From Planctomycetota bacterium (lineage in GTDB: Bacteria; Planctomycetota; Planctomycetia; Planctomycetales; Planctomycetaceae), in the NCBI GenBank assembly GCA_052034165.1, contig JBPOIW010000061.1, positions 19,336 through 83,335 of the forward strand: a stretch of 64,000 bases of DNA, in the 5' to 3' direction. Shown here in pieces: positions 53,804 through 63,894 of this stretch (its first letter is position 1; every line of letters begins with the position of its first letter). The notes below the pieces were generated by a model. That model did not search any database. It was not told the DNA's origin and saw only the letters and a program-made list of their open reading frames with translations. Position numbers and translations under genes: made by a program.

Positions 53804-54415
53804 TTAAGGTGATGGTCGGAGCAGGTCAAACAGGTCGGTCGTGCGACAACAGGACGTTCCGCCGAGCCGACCAATCAGATCCAGCAACTCCGGATCGGCA
53901 TAGCCCGCAGGGTCAAGCACACTCTCATCAAGATGGAGATGCACAATCCGCCCCACGACAATGTTGGCACCACCCGGTCCGTCATCCAGTGCCAGATGAT
54001 GCATCAACTGACACTCTATTCGAACGGGCGAGGAGCTTACTCCGGGCGGCTTCACAACCACCGACTCGGAGCCCTGAAGCCCAGTCAGTTCGAACTCCGA
54101 CTCTTCAGGAGGCAGCTCCGTCGAACTCAGATTCATCGCCTCGGCCAACCGAAAGGGGACGACATTGACGACGAACTCACGAGTGTCTTTGATGTTCTGC
54201 AGGGTATCTTTCGAACTACCGTCGCGTCGATTTGCCGGACAAAACAGGACGCTGGGTGGCCGGGATCCAACACCAGTAAAAAAACTGAACGGAGCAAGGT
54301 TGGCGACGCCGGAGAGCGAGATCGTGGATACCCACGCAATCGGTCTTGGTGCAATCACTCGGATCAGATGCTGGTAGATCGAAGACGCACGAGCAGTTGC
54401 CGTATCTATCTCCAT
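53804..54415 (-). CDS. flavin reductase family protein
   Basis: IAPRPIAWVSTISLSGVANLAPFSFFTGVGSRPPSVLF and EFVVNVV are typical of the flavin reductase-like (DIM6/NTAB) domain. Confidence 0.8.
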   Translation of the reverse strand: MEIDTATARASSIYQHLIRVIAPRPIAWVSTISLSGVANLAPFSFFTGVGSRPPSVLFCPANRRDGSSKDTLQNIKDTREFVVNVVPFRLAEAMNLSSTELPPEESEFELTGLQGSESVVVKPPGVSSSPVRIECQLMHHLALDDGPGGANIVVGRIVHLHLDESVLDPAGYADPELLDLIGRLGGTSCCRTTDLFDLLRPSP

Positions 54416-54470
54416 AGCAGCTCACCCTCTCCCGAAAAAGGCCGTAAACAGGCGTCGCAGTTCAGCGTTT

Positions 54471-55139
54471 TCAGGCAACCTTATCCAGTGGAATCAGCCG
54501 CGGCAGCGCGATTCGAAGCCCCACCACTTCTCCGCAGTGCTTTTGGAGCGTCCCGAAATCGACTTTCAAAAACCTGATCAACTGATCGGAGACTCCCATC
54601 TGAAGGTACTCTTTCGAGTACACCGCCATCTGACGATCGTAGCTCTTCTGACTCCCTGTATGCATGTAACACGATCCGCTGAACCGTCGAATGTCCCCGT
54701 TGAACTGCGGACTGATATGATATAGCTCATGAAAAATCGTGATGAGCTTCTCCTCAAACGACAGGTTCAAGAACCGTGGCAGAAGAAACGTCAAAATGTA
54801 GAGCGCTTCGTTTCCTTGATGGTAGACTCGCTGTACTGTCCACAATCGCCCTTTGCGACGCTCAATCGGAGATCCGCCTTCAAAACGGAGCGGCGTCAAA
54901 CGGGCCTGAACGCCCCATTCCACAGGTGAACGAGCCTGCGCGAAAGTCACAGGAACCTGCGACATCCTGACATGCTGGAACTCGGGGTGCCGAAAGCAGA
55001 TATCCTCGCATAACAGCGTCATCGCCCGGCAAAAATCGAAGTACTGCGCCACAAGTCCGATCCTTCGGATATCAAGGCATGCAATCATTGCATTTGCATC
55101 ATCCAGGTCAACGTATTGAAGTTTCAGCGTTTTGATCAC
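54471..55139 (-). CDS. putative HExxH-motif metallopeptidase-like protein
   Basis: 222-aa ORF with IFHELYHI (HExxH). The family is otherwise unrecognised. Confidence 0.45.
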   Translation of the reverse strand: MIKTLKLQYVDLDDANAMIACLDIRRIGLVAQYFDFCRAMTLLCEDICFRHPEFQHVRMSQVPVTFAQARSPVEWGVQARLTPLRFEGGSPIERRKGRLWTVQRVYHQGNEALYILTFLLPRFLNLSFEEKLITIFHELYHISPQFNGDIRRFSGSCYMHTGSQKSYDRQMAVYSKEYLQMGVSDQLIRFLKVDFGTLQKHCGEVVGLRIALPRLIPLDKVA

Positions 55140-55242
55140 TCGATCATAGCACTACTTCTTTACGATCCGATGGCCCGCGTCAGGCGGTGCCTGAACAGGT
55201 TACGTCGGACCTCGATGGCAAGCAATATCAACCCATCACCAT

Positions 55243-55270
55243 AAAAAAACCCTCGCTCTGAGAGCGAGGG
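55243..55270 (-). terminator. rho-independent terminator after rplQ
   Basis: On the minus strand: CCCUCGCUC-UCA-GAGCGAGGG followed by UUUUUUU. Confidence 0.8.
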
Positions 55271-55296
55271 TTCAGGATGAAAAATGTTCCAGCTGC

Positions 55297-55881
55297 TCAA
55301 TTTGCAGCGGCTTCCACTACGGGTGCCTTCCGCTTCTTCGCCTTCACGCGGTCATTTGTCCCTACAAACTCAATAAGGGCCTGCTCGCCAGCATCACCGA
55401 GGCGAACCCGGGCCAACCGAACGACACGCGTGTAACCGCCAGTGCGATCCTGAAAACGAGCCGCCAGATCCTCGAAGAGAATCTCGACAGCAGAATCATC
55501 CCGCAGATCAGCAAACGCACGTCGACGCATCGTTAGCGCTGGCGCAGTTGCATTAACCCAGCTCTTCCCCTTATCCGAATCACGCCAAGCCTTCCACGCA
55601 TCAGACCCACGCTCAGCGTCTGTCTGAAACTGTGCAGCATCCTGCGTGATCTTCCGAGCCTTCCGCGCCAAGGTGATGAGCTTTTCGATCATCGGACGCA
55701 GTTCCTTGGCCTTTGGAACTGTCGTAACGATCCGTCCAGCTACCTTTGGCTGCCCCGGCTCGCCTTCCAAAATCCTGACAGTCTTGATCAGACTGACGGC
55801 CATATTACGAAACATCGCCTTGCGATGAGACGCATTACGCCCAAGCTTTCGACCCGCAACAAGGTGTCTCATATCAGACAC
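55297..55881 (-). CDS. rplQ: 50S ribosomal protein L17 (extended form)
   Basis: [24 protein letters not shown]... and ...[25 protein letters not shown]. 194 aa, with an internal insertion and a Lys/Ala tail. Confidence 0.9.
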   Translation of the reverse strand: MSDMRHLVAGRKLGRNASHRKAMFRNMAVSLIKTVRILEGEPGQPKVAGRIVTTVPKAKELRPMIEKLITLARKARKITQDAAQFQTDAERGSDAWKAWRDSDKGKSWVNATAPALTMRRRAFADLRDDSAVEILFEDLAARFQDRTGGYTRVVRLARVRLGDAGEQALIEFVGTNDRVKAKKRKAPVVEAAAN

Positions 55882-55950
55882 TCACCCAAAAATAGCACTA
55901 TGAACTAAACGCTGTCCGAGCCGCCCCGAACCACCCAAAACACATCTCAA

Positions 55951-56973
55951 CTACTTCAACTGCTGATTCGGCAACCGCATACCCAGCCGTAGATCTATAC
56001 CACCCAGACGCTCACGAACTTCTTCAAGTGTCGTCTCGCCGAAGTTCCTCACCTGAAGCAACTCGTCTTCTGTACGCACCACCAAGTCCCGCACAGTATT
56101 AATCCCGACAGACTCAAGGCAATTCGTTGCACGTACAGACAAATTCAACTCCGCCAAACTCTTGTTGAGTTTCTCTTCCAGTTCCATATCGACCGGAGAA
56201 TAACCCGTCGCTTCCATCATGCCTCGCAACCCACCTTCCGGACCCGCCTCTGGCCCAGGTTCACGGAACGTTATAAAGCAATTCAGATGCTTGCGCAAAA
56301 TCTTAGCGGCTTCAACCAAGGCCATATCCGGCGTGATCGTGCCGTTCGTCCAGATTTCCAAATTCAACTTGTCGTAGTTGGTACGCTGGCCAACTCGCGT
56401 CTCTTCAATCAGATGGCGAACTCGCGACACCGGAGAGAACGCAGCATCAAGGGGAATAATTCCCACTTCCGGCTCGTGCTGGTATTGCTCATACGCAGGA
56501 ACGTAACCCCGGCCATTCTCGACAGTCATCTCGACATGAAACGGAACATCATCCGTCATCGTCGCAATCACCAAATCCTTGTTGATGACCTCAACCTGAT
56601 CATCACAAATGACATCTGCACCCGTGACAACCCCGCGAGTATGCTTCTCAATCCGCAACGTCTTGCTGGATGCACTGTGGTTCTTCACTACCAACGACTT
56701 AAGATTCAGGCAAATGTCAGTGACATCTTCTACAACGCCCGGAATCGTAGTAAACTCGTGCTGGATCCCTTGGATTTTCGCGCGAGTGACCGCCGAGCCC
56801 TCAAGACTCGAGAGCAAAATCCGTCGCAGGCTTGTCCCAACAGTGGACCCGAAGCCACGCTCAAACGGCTCCGCAACAAACTTGCCGTAATACCCGGTGC
56901 GTGTCTCGCGATCAACTGCAACCCGACTCGGCAACTCAAGACCACGCCAACGAATTCTCATAACCGCCCCCAA
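55951..56973 (-). CDS. rpoA: DNA-directed RNA polymerase subunit alpha
   Basis: [31 protein letters not shown], and a C-terminal domain with [24 protein letters not shown]. Confidence 0.95.
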   Translation of the reverse strand: MGAVMRIRWRGLELPSRVAVDRETRTGYYGKFVAEPFERGFGSTVGTSLRRILLSSLEGSAVTRAKIQGIQHEFTTIPGVVEDVTDICLNLKSLVVKNHSASSKTLRIEKHTRGVVTGADVICDDQVEVINKDLVIATMTDDVPFHVEMTVENGRGYVPAYEQYQHEPEVGIIPLDAAFSPVSRVRHLIEETRVGQRTNYDKLNLEIWTNGTITPDMALVEAAKILRKHLNCFITFREPGPEAGPEGGLRGMMEATGYSPVDMELEEKLNKSLAELNLSVRATNCLESVGINTVRDLVVRTEDELLQVRNFGETTLEEVRERLGGIDLRLGMRLPNQQLK

Positions 56974-57003
56974 AAGCTCTTAACACCTGAACGACATCAC
57001 CAA

Positions 57004-57384
57004 TCAAACGCGACGGCGTTTGGGCGGCCTGCAACCATTATGCGGCAGCGGAGTTATGTCTTCAATTGACCGAATCGCCATCCCGGAAGCCTGAAGACCT
57101 GTGATAGCACTCTCCCGGCCAGCACCAGGACCTTTAACCCGGACTTCAACTTCGCGGACACCGACTTTTGAAGCCTTTTCCGCGACAATCTCGGCCGCTC
57201 GCTGCGCCGCAAACGGAGTACTCTTGCGAGAACCCTTGAACCCGACCGTTCCAGCAGTCGCCCAGCAAAGCACATCGCCCGCAGCGTCTGTCATGGTCAC
57301 GATCGTGTTATTGAACGTCGCTTTGATGTATACGACGCCCTTATTGACATTACGACGGACTTTTTTCTTCTTAACTTTCGCCAC
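57004..57384 (-). CDS. rpsK: 30S ribosomal protein S11
   Basis: [46 protein letters not shown]. Confidence 0.95.
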   Translation of the reverse strand: MAKVKKKKVRRNVNKGVVYIKATFNNTIVTMTDAAGDVLCWATAGTVGFKGSRKSTPFAAQRAAEIVAEKASKVGVREVEVRVKGPGAGRESAITGLQASGMAIRSIEDITPLPHNGCRPPKRRRV

Positions 57385-57427
57385 GCTTTTGTCTCACTCA
57401 CAAACGAACCATTGACCCGTGATAAGC

Positions 57428-57814
57428 TTAGTGCTTCAGATCCTTAACGCCCTTTTTCCCAGCAACCGTCTTCTTCCGCCCCTTCCGAGTCCTCGCGTTC
57501 GTCTTAGTTCTCTGACCACGCACAGGCAAGCCCTTACGGTGTCGCACTCCGCGGTAACACTGAATCTCGCGAAGCCGCCCGATGTCCTGTTGAATCTTGC
57601 GACGCAGAGGACCTTCGACGGTGTAATTCTTGTCCAGATGCGTCGTGATCCGACTCACCTCATCTTCGCTCAACTCACCTGCACGCACATGGGGATCTAC
57701 ACCCAGTTCGTAACAAATCTGAATCGCAAGAAAGGGACCAATACCATACAAGTAGCTCAACGAAATATACGTTGGCTTATTGTTGGGAATGTCGACACCA
57801 AGCACGCGGGGCAT
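57428..57814 (-). CDS. rpsM: 30S ribosomal protein S13
   Basis: MPRVLGVDIPNNKPTYISLSYLYGIG...YRGVRHRKGLPVRGQRTKTNARTRKG. The start is at 57814. Confidence 0.95.
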   Translation of the reverse strand: MPRVLGVDIPNNKPTYISLSYLYGIGPFLAIQICYELGVDPHVRAGELSEDEVSRITTHLDKNYTVEGPLRRKIQQDIGRLREIQCYRGVRHRKGLPVRGQRTKTNARTRKGRKKTVAGKKGVKDLKH

Positions 57815-57849
57815 TTCAAATCTCCACAACCACTCTTTAAATCAATCAA

Positions 57850-57966
57850 TCAGCCCTGACGCTGCTTATGTCGCGGATTCGACGAACAAATCACGAAAAT
57901 CTTGCCCTGACGTCGCACCAGCTTGCAGGCATCACAAATGCGTTTAACGCTTGAACGAACCTTCAT
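57850..57966 (-). CDS. rpmJ: 50S ribosomal protein L36 (zinc-binding type)
   Basis: Below the ORF-track size cutoff. My translation is [38 protein letters not shown]. Confidence 0.9.
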   Translation of the reverse strand: MKVRSSVKRICDACKLVRRQGKIFVICSSNPRHKQRQG

Positions 57967-57996
57967 TGTATCACCACTCTTCAAGCAGCAATCGCG

Positions 57997-59367
57997 CTAC
58001 TTATCTGAATCAAGCAAACCAGGATAGTTTCGCATCACCAAGTGAGAATCAATCTTCTGCACAAGGTCCAGCGCCACAGAAACAATAATCAAGAGACCAG
58101 TACCGCCGAAGAAACTCGCAGTGACGAAGTCCTGAGTCACCGTGTTTGAAACAATCGTAGGAATAACTGCGATCACCGCAAGGAACGCTGCACCGACGTA
58201 AGTGATCCGAAGCATGACCTGCTCAAGATGACTCGCGGTCCGCTGTCCCGGACGATAACCCGGAATGAAACTCCCGTTATCCTTAAGGTTCTCCGCCATT
58301 TCCTTGGGATTAAAAGTAATCGCCGTCCAGAAATAGCAGAAAAAGTAAATCAACACGATGTAGGCAAGACTATACACGAAACCTTGACCAGGAGCAAACG
58401 CCGCACCGATCGCCCCAAACACTCCGCCCACTCCAGAGTCAGGTCCAAACATAGAACCAACCTGAGTGAACACAAAATAGGGAATCATCAACAGACTGCT
58501 GGAAAAAATGATCGGCATCACACCAGACTGGTTAACCCGCAATGGTAACCACTGCCGATTCCCGCCCATCACTCTCCGACCACGGACATGCTTCGCACTC
58601 TGGATCGGAATCCGCCGCTGCCCTTGCGTGATAAACACAACCACAGCGATTACACACACGAACAAAGCGGCCATGACGAGCAAGCGCTCAATGCCATATT
58701 GACTGCCGATCTGCAAGCCGCTGGACTGGATTCCAGCTATCCACTTGCTGGCTATCTCCGGCATCCTGGCCAAAATCCCTGCCATAATCAGAAGACTAAT
58801 CCCATTACCAATTCCATAGGCGTCGATCTGCTCCCCGATCCACATGAGGAACACAGTCCCAGCCGTCATCAGGATAGTGCCAAACACTATCCAACCCAAA
58901 CTGTCATACTCTTGCAGAATCGCCGCCTGCCCGGGTGCACCCCCGCGCATCGACCAAAGCAACCCAAAACTCTGCAAAACACACACAAACACCGTGGCGT
59001 ATCTGGTGTACTCATTCAACCTGCGCCGACCTGACTCGCCCTCTTTCTGCAACGCCTCAAGCGGCGGGTAAACCGTGCCCAAGAGCTGAAACACGATCGA
59101 GGCGGTTATGTAGGGCATGATGCCCAAGCCAAACACGGACCCACTTTGCAATGATGACGCGGAGAATACCGACACCACCTGCAACAGACCCGCCACCCCA
59201 GTTGTACCACTCTGGGCATTCTCCATCACATTCTTGATGGCGTCATGATCCATGAACGGCAATGTGATGTGAAACCCAAGCCGATAAACCGCGAGAAGGA
59301 CGACAGTGAGAACAATCTTTCGGCGCAGCTCAGGGATGCGAAAAATCGTCAGCAGCTTTGCAAACAT
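57997..59367 (-). CDS. secY: preprotein translocase subunit SecY
   Basis: Likely start MFAKLLTIFRIPELRRKI. About 10 TM segments, with GIMPYITASIVFQLL and GGNRQWLPLRVNQSGVMPIIFSSSLL. Confidence 0.95.
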   Translation of the reverse strand: MFAKLLTIFRIPELRRKIVLTVVLLAVYRLGFHITLPFMDHDAIKNVMENAQSGTTGVAGLLQVVSVFSASSLQSGSVFGLGIMPYITASIVFQLLGTVYPPLEALQKEGESGRRRLNEYTRYATVFVCVLQSFGLLWSMRGGAPGQAAILQEYDSLGWIVFGTILMTAGTVFLMWIGEQIDAYGIGNGISLLIMAGILARMPEIASKWIAGIQSSGLQIGSQYGIERLLVMAALFVCVIAVVVFITQGQRRIPIQSAKHVRGRRVMGGNRQWLPLRVNQSGVMPIIFSSSLLMIPYFVFTQVGSMFGPDSGVGGVFGAIGAAFAPGQGFVYSLAYIVLIYFFCYFWTAITFNPKEMAENLKDNGSFIPGYRPGQRTASHLEQVMLRITYVGAAFLAVIAVIPTIVSNTVTQDFVTASFFGGTGLLIIVSVALDLVQKIDSHLVMRNYPGLLDSDK

Positions 59368-59400
59368 TCCGCTCCCCTTTCGTGTCTGAACAACCAAATA

Positions 59401-59862
59401 CTAGAAGCTACCAACGGGAATAACGCTGTATGTCCCGCCAGCGGCACTGATCTTTGCTTCGGCCGATGCCGAGAACCGATGTGCAGAAATCTTGAGACCC
59501 TTACTCAGCTCGCCGTCGCCGAGAACCTTAAGCTCTTCGAACGAACTCCTGACAAGCCCCTTCTGCACCAGCAACTCGGGAGTAATCTCACTGCCAGCAT
59601 CAAAAGCTTCGTTCAACTCACCAACGTTAATCACCGCAACATCAGCGGCGAAAAAGTTGTTACTGAAACCCCGTTTGGCCACCCGACGGAACAGAGGCAT
59701 CTGCCCGCCCTGAAAGCCCAAGCGTCGAGAAGAGCCAGATCGGCTAAAGAATCCCTTATGACCACGCCCGGATGTCTTACCGTGACCAGAACCCGTACCG
59801 CGCCCGATGCGCTTGCGCGCCTTACGAGGCTCATTACCACTCTGCACATCATTCAAAATCAC
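59401..59862 (-). CDS. rplO: 50S ribosomal protein L15
   Basis: [22 protein letters not shown]...[18 protein letters not shown]. Confidence 0.95.
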   Translation of the reverse strand: MILNDVQSGNEPRKARKRIGRGTGSGHGKTSGRGHKGFFSRSGSSRRLGFQGGQMPLFRRVAKRGFSNNFFAADVAVINVGELNEAFDAGSEITPELLVQKGLVRSSFEELKVLGDGELSKGLKISAHRFSASAEAKISAAGGTYSVIPVGSF

Positions 59863-60356
59863 AGCGACACCCCTCGCAGTCGTTCAATTTGCTCACGCGT
59901 TCGAAGCTTCTTCAGAGCTTCCATCGTAGCCTTCACCAAGTTCAACGGGTTCGTCGAACCGTAGGCTTTTGTCAAAATGTCAGTAATACCAACAGCCTCA
60001 ACGACGGATCGCACACAGTCCCCCGCAATGATGCCCGTACCAGGCTTCGCTGGCAGCAGCAGAACTCGCGACGAACGAAACTCCCCGATTACCTGATGCG
60101 GGATCGTGGTGCCAACCACGGCGACGCTCATCTGGCTTCGGTTTGACTGCTTGGTCGCTTTGTCCACTGCCAAAGGAACTTCGATGGCTTTCCCATAGCC
60201 ATAACCAACTCGGCCATGACCGTCGCCCGTAACCACTAAAGCGGCAAAGCTAAAACGGCGACCGCCCTTGACGACGCATGCACACCGGCGAATCTGCACG
60301 ACTCGCTCACCGGAATCATTTTTTACTTCTGCGGACGACACCCGACACCTCGCCAA
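59859..60356 (-). CDS. rpsE: 30S ribosomal protein S5
   Basis: [40 protein letters not shown]. It overlaps the rplO start by 4 nt, so there is no rpmD between them. Confidence 0.95.
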   Translation of the reverse strand: MARCRVSSAEVKNDSGERVVQIRRCACVVKGGRRFSFAALVVTGDGHGRVGYGYGKAIEVPLAVDKATKQSNRSQMSVAVVGTTIPHQVIGEFRSSRVLLLPAKPGTGIIAGDCVRSVVEAVGITDILTKAYGSTNPLNLVKATMEALKKLRTREQIERLRGVSL

Positions 60357-60385
60357 ACAGCATAGACAAAACTAATAATTGAATC

Positions 60386-60757
60386 TTAGAAATCGAGCCC
60401 TGATTCGCGGGCCGCTTCGGCAAGGGCAGCCACTCGTCCATGGTAAGCAAACCGACCACGGTCAAACACGACCTGAGTAATCCCAGACTTCACTGCACGC
60501 TCAGCCAGAAGCTGTCCGACTTTTCGCGCTGCATCCTGATCGCCGCCTACTCCACCAGGACCGGCAATCTCCGACTCGACCGTACTGGCCGACACCAAAG
60601 TCTTGCCCGCAGCATCGTCAATGATCTGAGCATACATGTGACGATTGCTACGAAATACACTGAGTCGCAGACGACCATGAGAATCTCGGACAACCCGATT
60701 TCGCACTCGATACTGGCGACGCTTCTGCTGCAATGCAAGACGGGAACGAACACTCAT
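60386..60757 (-). CDS. rplR: 50S ribosomal protein L18
   Basis: [19 protein letters not shown]...[28 protein letters not shown]. Confidence 0.95.
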   Translation of the reverse strand: MSVRSRLALQQKRRQYRVRNRVVRDSHGRLRLSVFRSNRHMYAQIIDDAAGKTLVSASTVESEIAGPGGVGGDQDAARKVGQLLAERAVKSGITQVVFDRGRFAYHGRVAALAEAARESGLDF

Positions 60758-60786
60758 CGCTAAACTCGACTGTTAGTATACAAAAA

Positions 60787-61329
60787 TCACTTGGAACCGA
60801 AAGCCTTACCCGCTTTACGTCGAACGAACTCGTCCTGATAACGGATCCCCTTGCCCTTGTAAGGCTCAGGCGGGCGTACAGAACGAATCTCTGCCGCGAA
60901 CTGACCACATGCCTGCTTGTTCGAGCTCTTGATGATCACATGCGTGGCGTCGGGGACTTCGCACTTAACTCCCGCAGGAACCTCAAGCACAATCTTGTTG
61001 GCGAAGCCGACCTGCAGAGTCAATTTCGTGCCTGAGATGCTGGCGTTATACCCAACACCCTGAATCTCCAGTTTCTTCTCGAAGGGCTTCACAACCCCCG
61101 AAACCATATTCTGAATCAAACTGCGCGTCAGCCCATGCAACGCTCGGCTGCTGCGCTTGTCATCCGGTCGGCTAACCAAAACGGCCGAACCATCAACAGA
61201 AACCATCATCAACGGATGAACCGCGAGTAATAGCTCTCCCGCAGGCCCTTTCGCCGTCACTTGATTGCCGCTAACTTCGACCTTTACACCGCCTGGTATG
61301 GCGACCGGCTTTTTACCAATTCTCGACAT
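60787..61329 (-). CDS. rplF: 50S ribosomal protein L6
   Basis: MSRIGKKPVAIPGGVKVEV...PPEPYKGKGIRY. Confidence 0.95.
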   Translation of the reverse strand: MSRIGKKPVAIPGGVKVEVSGNQVTAKGPAGELLLAVHPLMMVSVDGSAVLVSRPDDKRSSRALHGLTRSLIQNMVSGVVKPFEKKLEIQGVGYNASISGTKLTLQVGFANKIVLEVPAGVKCEVPDATHVIIKSSNKQACGQFAAEIRSVRPPEPYKGKGIRYQDEFVRRKAGKAFGSK

Positions 61330-61363
61330 GACAATTCACCCACCGTGAAAACAACCGGCTACC

Positions 61364-61759
61364 CTACCAAACCTGACAAACAAGCTCACCACCGACGCCC
61401 AACTTCCTGGCTTCACGGTTGCTGAGAACGCCCTTAGACGTCGACAAGACGGCTATGCCCGTTCCTTGTCGAATGTCCTTCATTTCGGAAACAGCACAGT
61501 AGACGCGGCAGCCAGGCTTCGAAACTCTCTCAATGTGCTGAATCACATGCTCACCGGCAGGACCATACTTCAGGTTTACTCGCAACGTCTTGCCGCACTC
61601 CGCATCCAGAACCTCATAGTCCCAGACGAACCCTTCACGCTGAAGCGCCTCAACGATGCTCACTTTAATCCTGGAACAAGGTACATCGACGAAGGGACGC
61701 TCAACCTGGACGCCATTTCGGATTCGTGTCAACAAGTCTGCAATCGGATCTGTCATCAT
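61364..61759 (-). CDS. rpsH: 30S ribosomal protein S8
   Basis: MTDPIADLLTRIRNG...GIAVLSTSKGVLSNREARKLGVGGELVCQVW. Confidence 0.95.
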   Translation of the reverse strand: MMTDPIADLLTRIRNGVQVERPFVDVPCSRIKVSIVEALQREGFVWDYEVLDAECGKTLRVNLKYGPAGEHVIQHIERVSKPGCRVYCAVSEMKDIRQGTGIAVLSTSKGVLSNREARKLGVGGELVCQVW

Positions 61760-61777
61760 AATACACCAACCCTTGTT

Positions 61778-61963
61778 CTACCAACTGGCCTTCTTGACAC
61801 CCGGGATCAAACCATCCAGCGCCAGGTTTCTGAAGCAAATTCTGCACACCTTGAACTTGCGATAAACCGCCCGCGGTCTGCCACACAGCATGCACCGATG
61901 CTCCTGGCGACTGCTAAACTTCGGAGTTCGGTTTGCCTTCTCAATTTTTGCTTTGCTTGCCAT
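61778..61963 (-). CDS. rpsN: 30S ribosomal protein S14 type Z
   Basis: 61 aa with a CxxC...CxxC zinc motif ([23 protein letters not shown]). Confidence 0.95.
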   Translation of the reverse strand: MASKAKIEKANRTPKFSSRQEHRCMLCGRPRAVYRKFKVCRICFRNLALDGLIPGVKKASW

Positions 61964-62002
61964 TGCCTGATCTCATGACCCATTTACACGCGAAATGTCA
62001 AT

Positions 62003-62548
62003 CTATTCTTCTGTCTTGAAAGGCATCCCAAATGCCTTCAACAATGCACGCCCATCATCGTCTGTAACAGCCGTCGTCACAAAGGTGATGTTCATACCCT
62101 GTGTCGCTGTTACCGTCTCCGGATCGATCTCAGGAAACACCAACTGCTCCGTCAGGCCACAGTTATAGTTCCCATTCCCGTCGAAACCCTTAGGGCTCAC
62201 ACCCCGAAAGTCTCTGACTCGAGGAAGCGCCAACGTGATGAGCCGCTCCAAAAAATCGTACATTCTCTTGCTTCGTAGCGTGACTCGGCAACCAATAGGC
62301 TGACCTTCACGCAATCGAAAACCGGAAACCGACTTCCGAGCTCGCGTGATCTGAGCCTTCTGCCCAGCCAACTGCGTCAGTTGCTCAACCGCCTGATCAA
62401 GTCGCTTCCGATCGTTGACGGCCTCGCCAACCCCCATGCTGACGACGATCTTCTGCAGTCTCGGCACAGCATGGATGTTCGACTTACCGAGCGACGCCTG
62501 CAGCTCGGGAATAATTCGGCTACGATACTCTTCGTGCAACCGGGTCAT
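62003..62548 (-). CDS. rplE: 50S ribosomal protein L5
   Basis: NIHAVPRLQKIVVSMGVGEA...RDFRGVSPKGFDGNGNYNCGLTEQLVFPEI. Confidence 0.95.
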   Translation of the reverse strand: MTRLHEEYRSRIIPELQASLGKSNIHAVPRLQKIVVSMGVGEAVNDRKRLDQAVEQLTQLAGQKAQITRARKSVSGFRLREGQPIGCRVTLRSKRMYDFLERLITLALPRVRDFRGVSPKGFDGNGNYNCGLTEQLVFPEIDPETVTATQGMNITFVTTAVTDDDGRALLKAFGMPFKTEE

Positions 62549-62585
62549 GTCTGATCACTCTTGAAAATAACCGCCGAAAAAATCC

Positions 62586-62954
62586 CTAAACCACTTCGCT
62601 CGCGAGGCTAACGATCTTCATGTAACGCCGATCCCGCAACTCACGAGCCACAGCGCCGAAAATACGCGTCCCTTTCGGGTTGCCATCATTGTCTACAATC
62701 ACGATCGCATTCCGGTCAAACTTAACGTAAGAACCGTCTGGCCGCCGCGCTGCCTTGCGAGTGCGGACCACCACACCCTTAACAACTGAGCCCGACTTGA
62801 TCGCACTGCCGGCGAGAGCCTTCTGGACGCTCACAACAACAATGTCACCTAAACCTGCGTACCGACGACGAGTACCACCCAGCACCTTAATGCACCGAGC
62901 CGTCTTTGCTCCGGAATTGTCCGCAACATCGAGAAGTGTCTGCATCTGTATCAT
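62586..62954 (-). CDS. rplN: 50S ribosomal protein L14
   Basis: [27 protein letters not shown]...[13 protein letters not shown]. Confidence 0.95.
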   Translation of the reverse strand: MIQMQTLLDVADNSGAKTARCIKVLGGTRRRYAGLGDIVVVSVQKALAGSAIKSGSVVKGVVVRTRKAARRPDGSYVKFDRNAIVIVDNDGNPKGTRIFGAVARELRDRRYMKIVSLASEVV

Positions 62955-62988
62955 GATTCAACCCCACGGAGCCTGGCATAACGCCACG

Positions 62989-63252
62989 CTACTCACCAAT
63001 GGCCGGAATAGCGGATGTACTGACCACCCGAACAAGCTCCCAACGCTTGAGCTTCGACTTCGGCGGACACTCTACAATCTCTACGGTGTCGCCCTTCTTG
63101 GCCACACCCTGCTCGTCATGCACATGACAAACCGTACGACCACGAATGATCTTCCCATACTTCGGGTGTCTCATTCGGCGATCAATCTCGACTCGCACCG
63201 TATTCGGACGCGGATCACGCGCAACAACCCCAACTAATGTCTTTCTCATCAC
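62989..63252 (-). CDS. rpsQ: 30S ribosomal protein S17
   Basis: RKTLVGVVARDPRPNTVRVEIDRRMRHPKYGKIIRGRTVCHVHDE. Confidence 0.95.
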   Translation of the reverse strand: MMRKTLVGVVARDPRPNTVRVEIDRRMRHPKYGKIIRGRTVCHVHDEQGVAKKGDTVEIVECPPKSKLKRWELVRVVSTSAIPAIGE

Positions 63253-63262
63253 ACCGCCCCAA

Positions 63263-63463
63263 TCAAACTCTAGAAAGTTCTCGCTCGCGTTGAACAGTGA
63301 AGATCCGCGCGATGTCCCGACGCAACTTCTTCACATTACTTGGGACGTCATTCCGCTCAGTAGCCGCCTGAACACGCAACCGAAACAGCGATTGCTGAGC
63401 CTCCCGCAGCTCATGCTGCAGTTGCTCGTCAGACATCTCCCGAATTGCGCTCGACTTTGCCAT
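63263..63463 (-). CDS. rpmC: 50S ribosomal protein L29
   Basis: IREMSDEQLQHELREAQQSLFRLRVQAA. Confidence 0.9.
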   Translation of the reverse strand: MAKSSAIREMSDEQLQHELREAQQSLFRLRVQAATERNDVPSNVKKLRRDIARIFTVQRERELSRV

Positions 63464-63474
63464 TGCAACCTCAA

Positions 63475-63894
63475 CTAAATCTCTGGTCGTCGCCCCACGA
63501 GGCGAACTCGCACCGGAAGCTTATGAGCAACACGATTGAAACAGCTTCGCGCTGTGTCGTGAGACACACCACCAAGCTCAAACAAAACCGTCCCGGGCTT
63601 CACAACAGCAACCCAACGGTCTGGTTCCCCTTTACCCTTACCCATTCGGGTTTCAAGCGGCCGAGAAGTCACAGACTTCTGAGGAAATATACGGATAAAG
63701 ACTCGACCTTCGCCGCGGACATACTGTGTCGCCGCGATACGGCATGCTTCAATCGTCTGCCCAGTGATGTGACCAGGATCCAATGACTGCAGTGCCCATT
63801 CGCCAAAAACAACAGTGTTGCCGCGAGTCGCCTTACCTCTTATACGCCCTCTTTGGCTTTTTCGATGCTTGACCCGCTTTGGCATTAGCGCCAT
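63475..63894 (-). CDS. rplP: 50S ribosomal protein L16
   Basis: MALMPKRVKHRKSQRGRIRGKATRGNTVVFGEWALQ...; ATG at 63892-63894. The track ORF to 63930 is an upstream extension. Confidence 0.95.
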   Translation of the reverse strand: MALMPKRVKHRKSQRGRIRGKATRGNTVVFGEWALQSLDPGHITGQTIEACRIAATQYVRGEGRVFIRIFPQKSVTSRPLETRMGKGKGEPDRWVAVVKPGTVLFELGGVSHDTARSCFNRVAHKLPVRVRLVGRRPEI

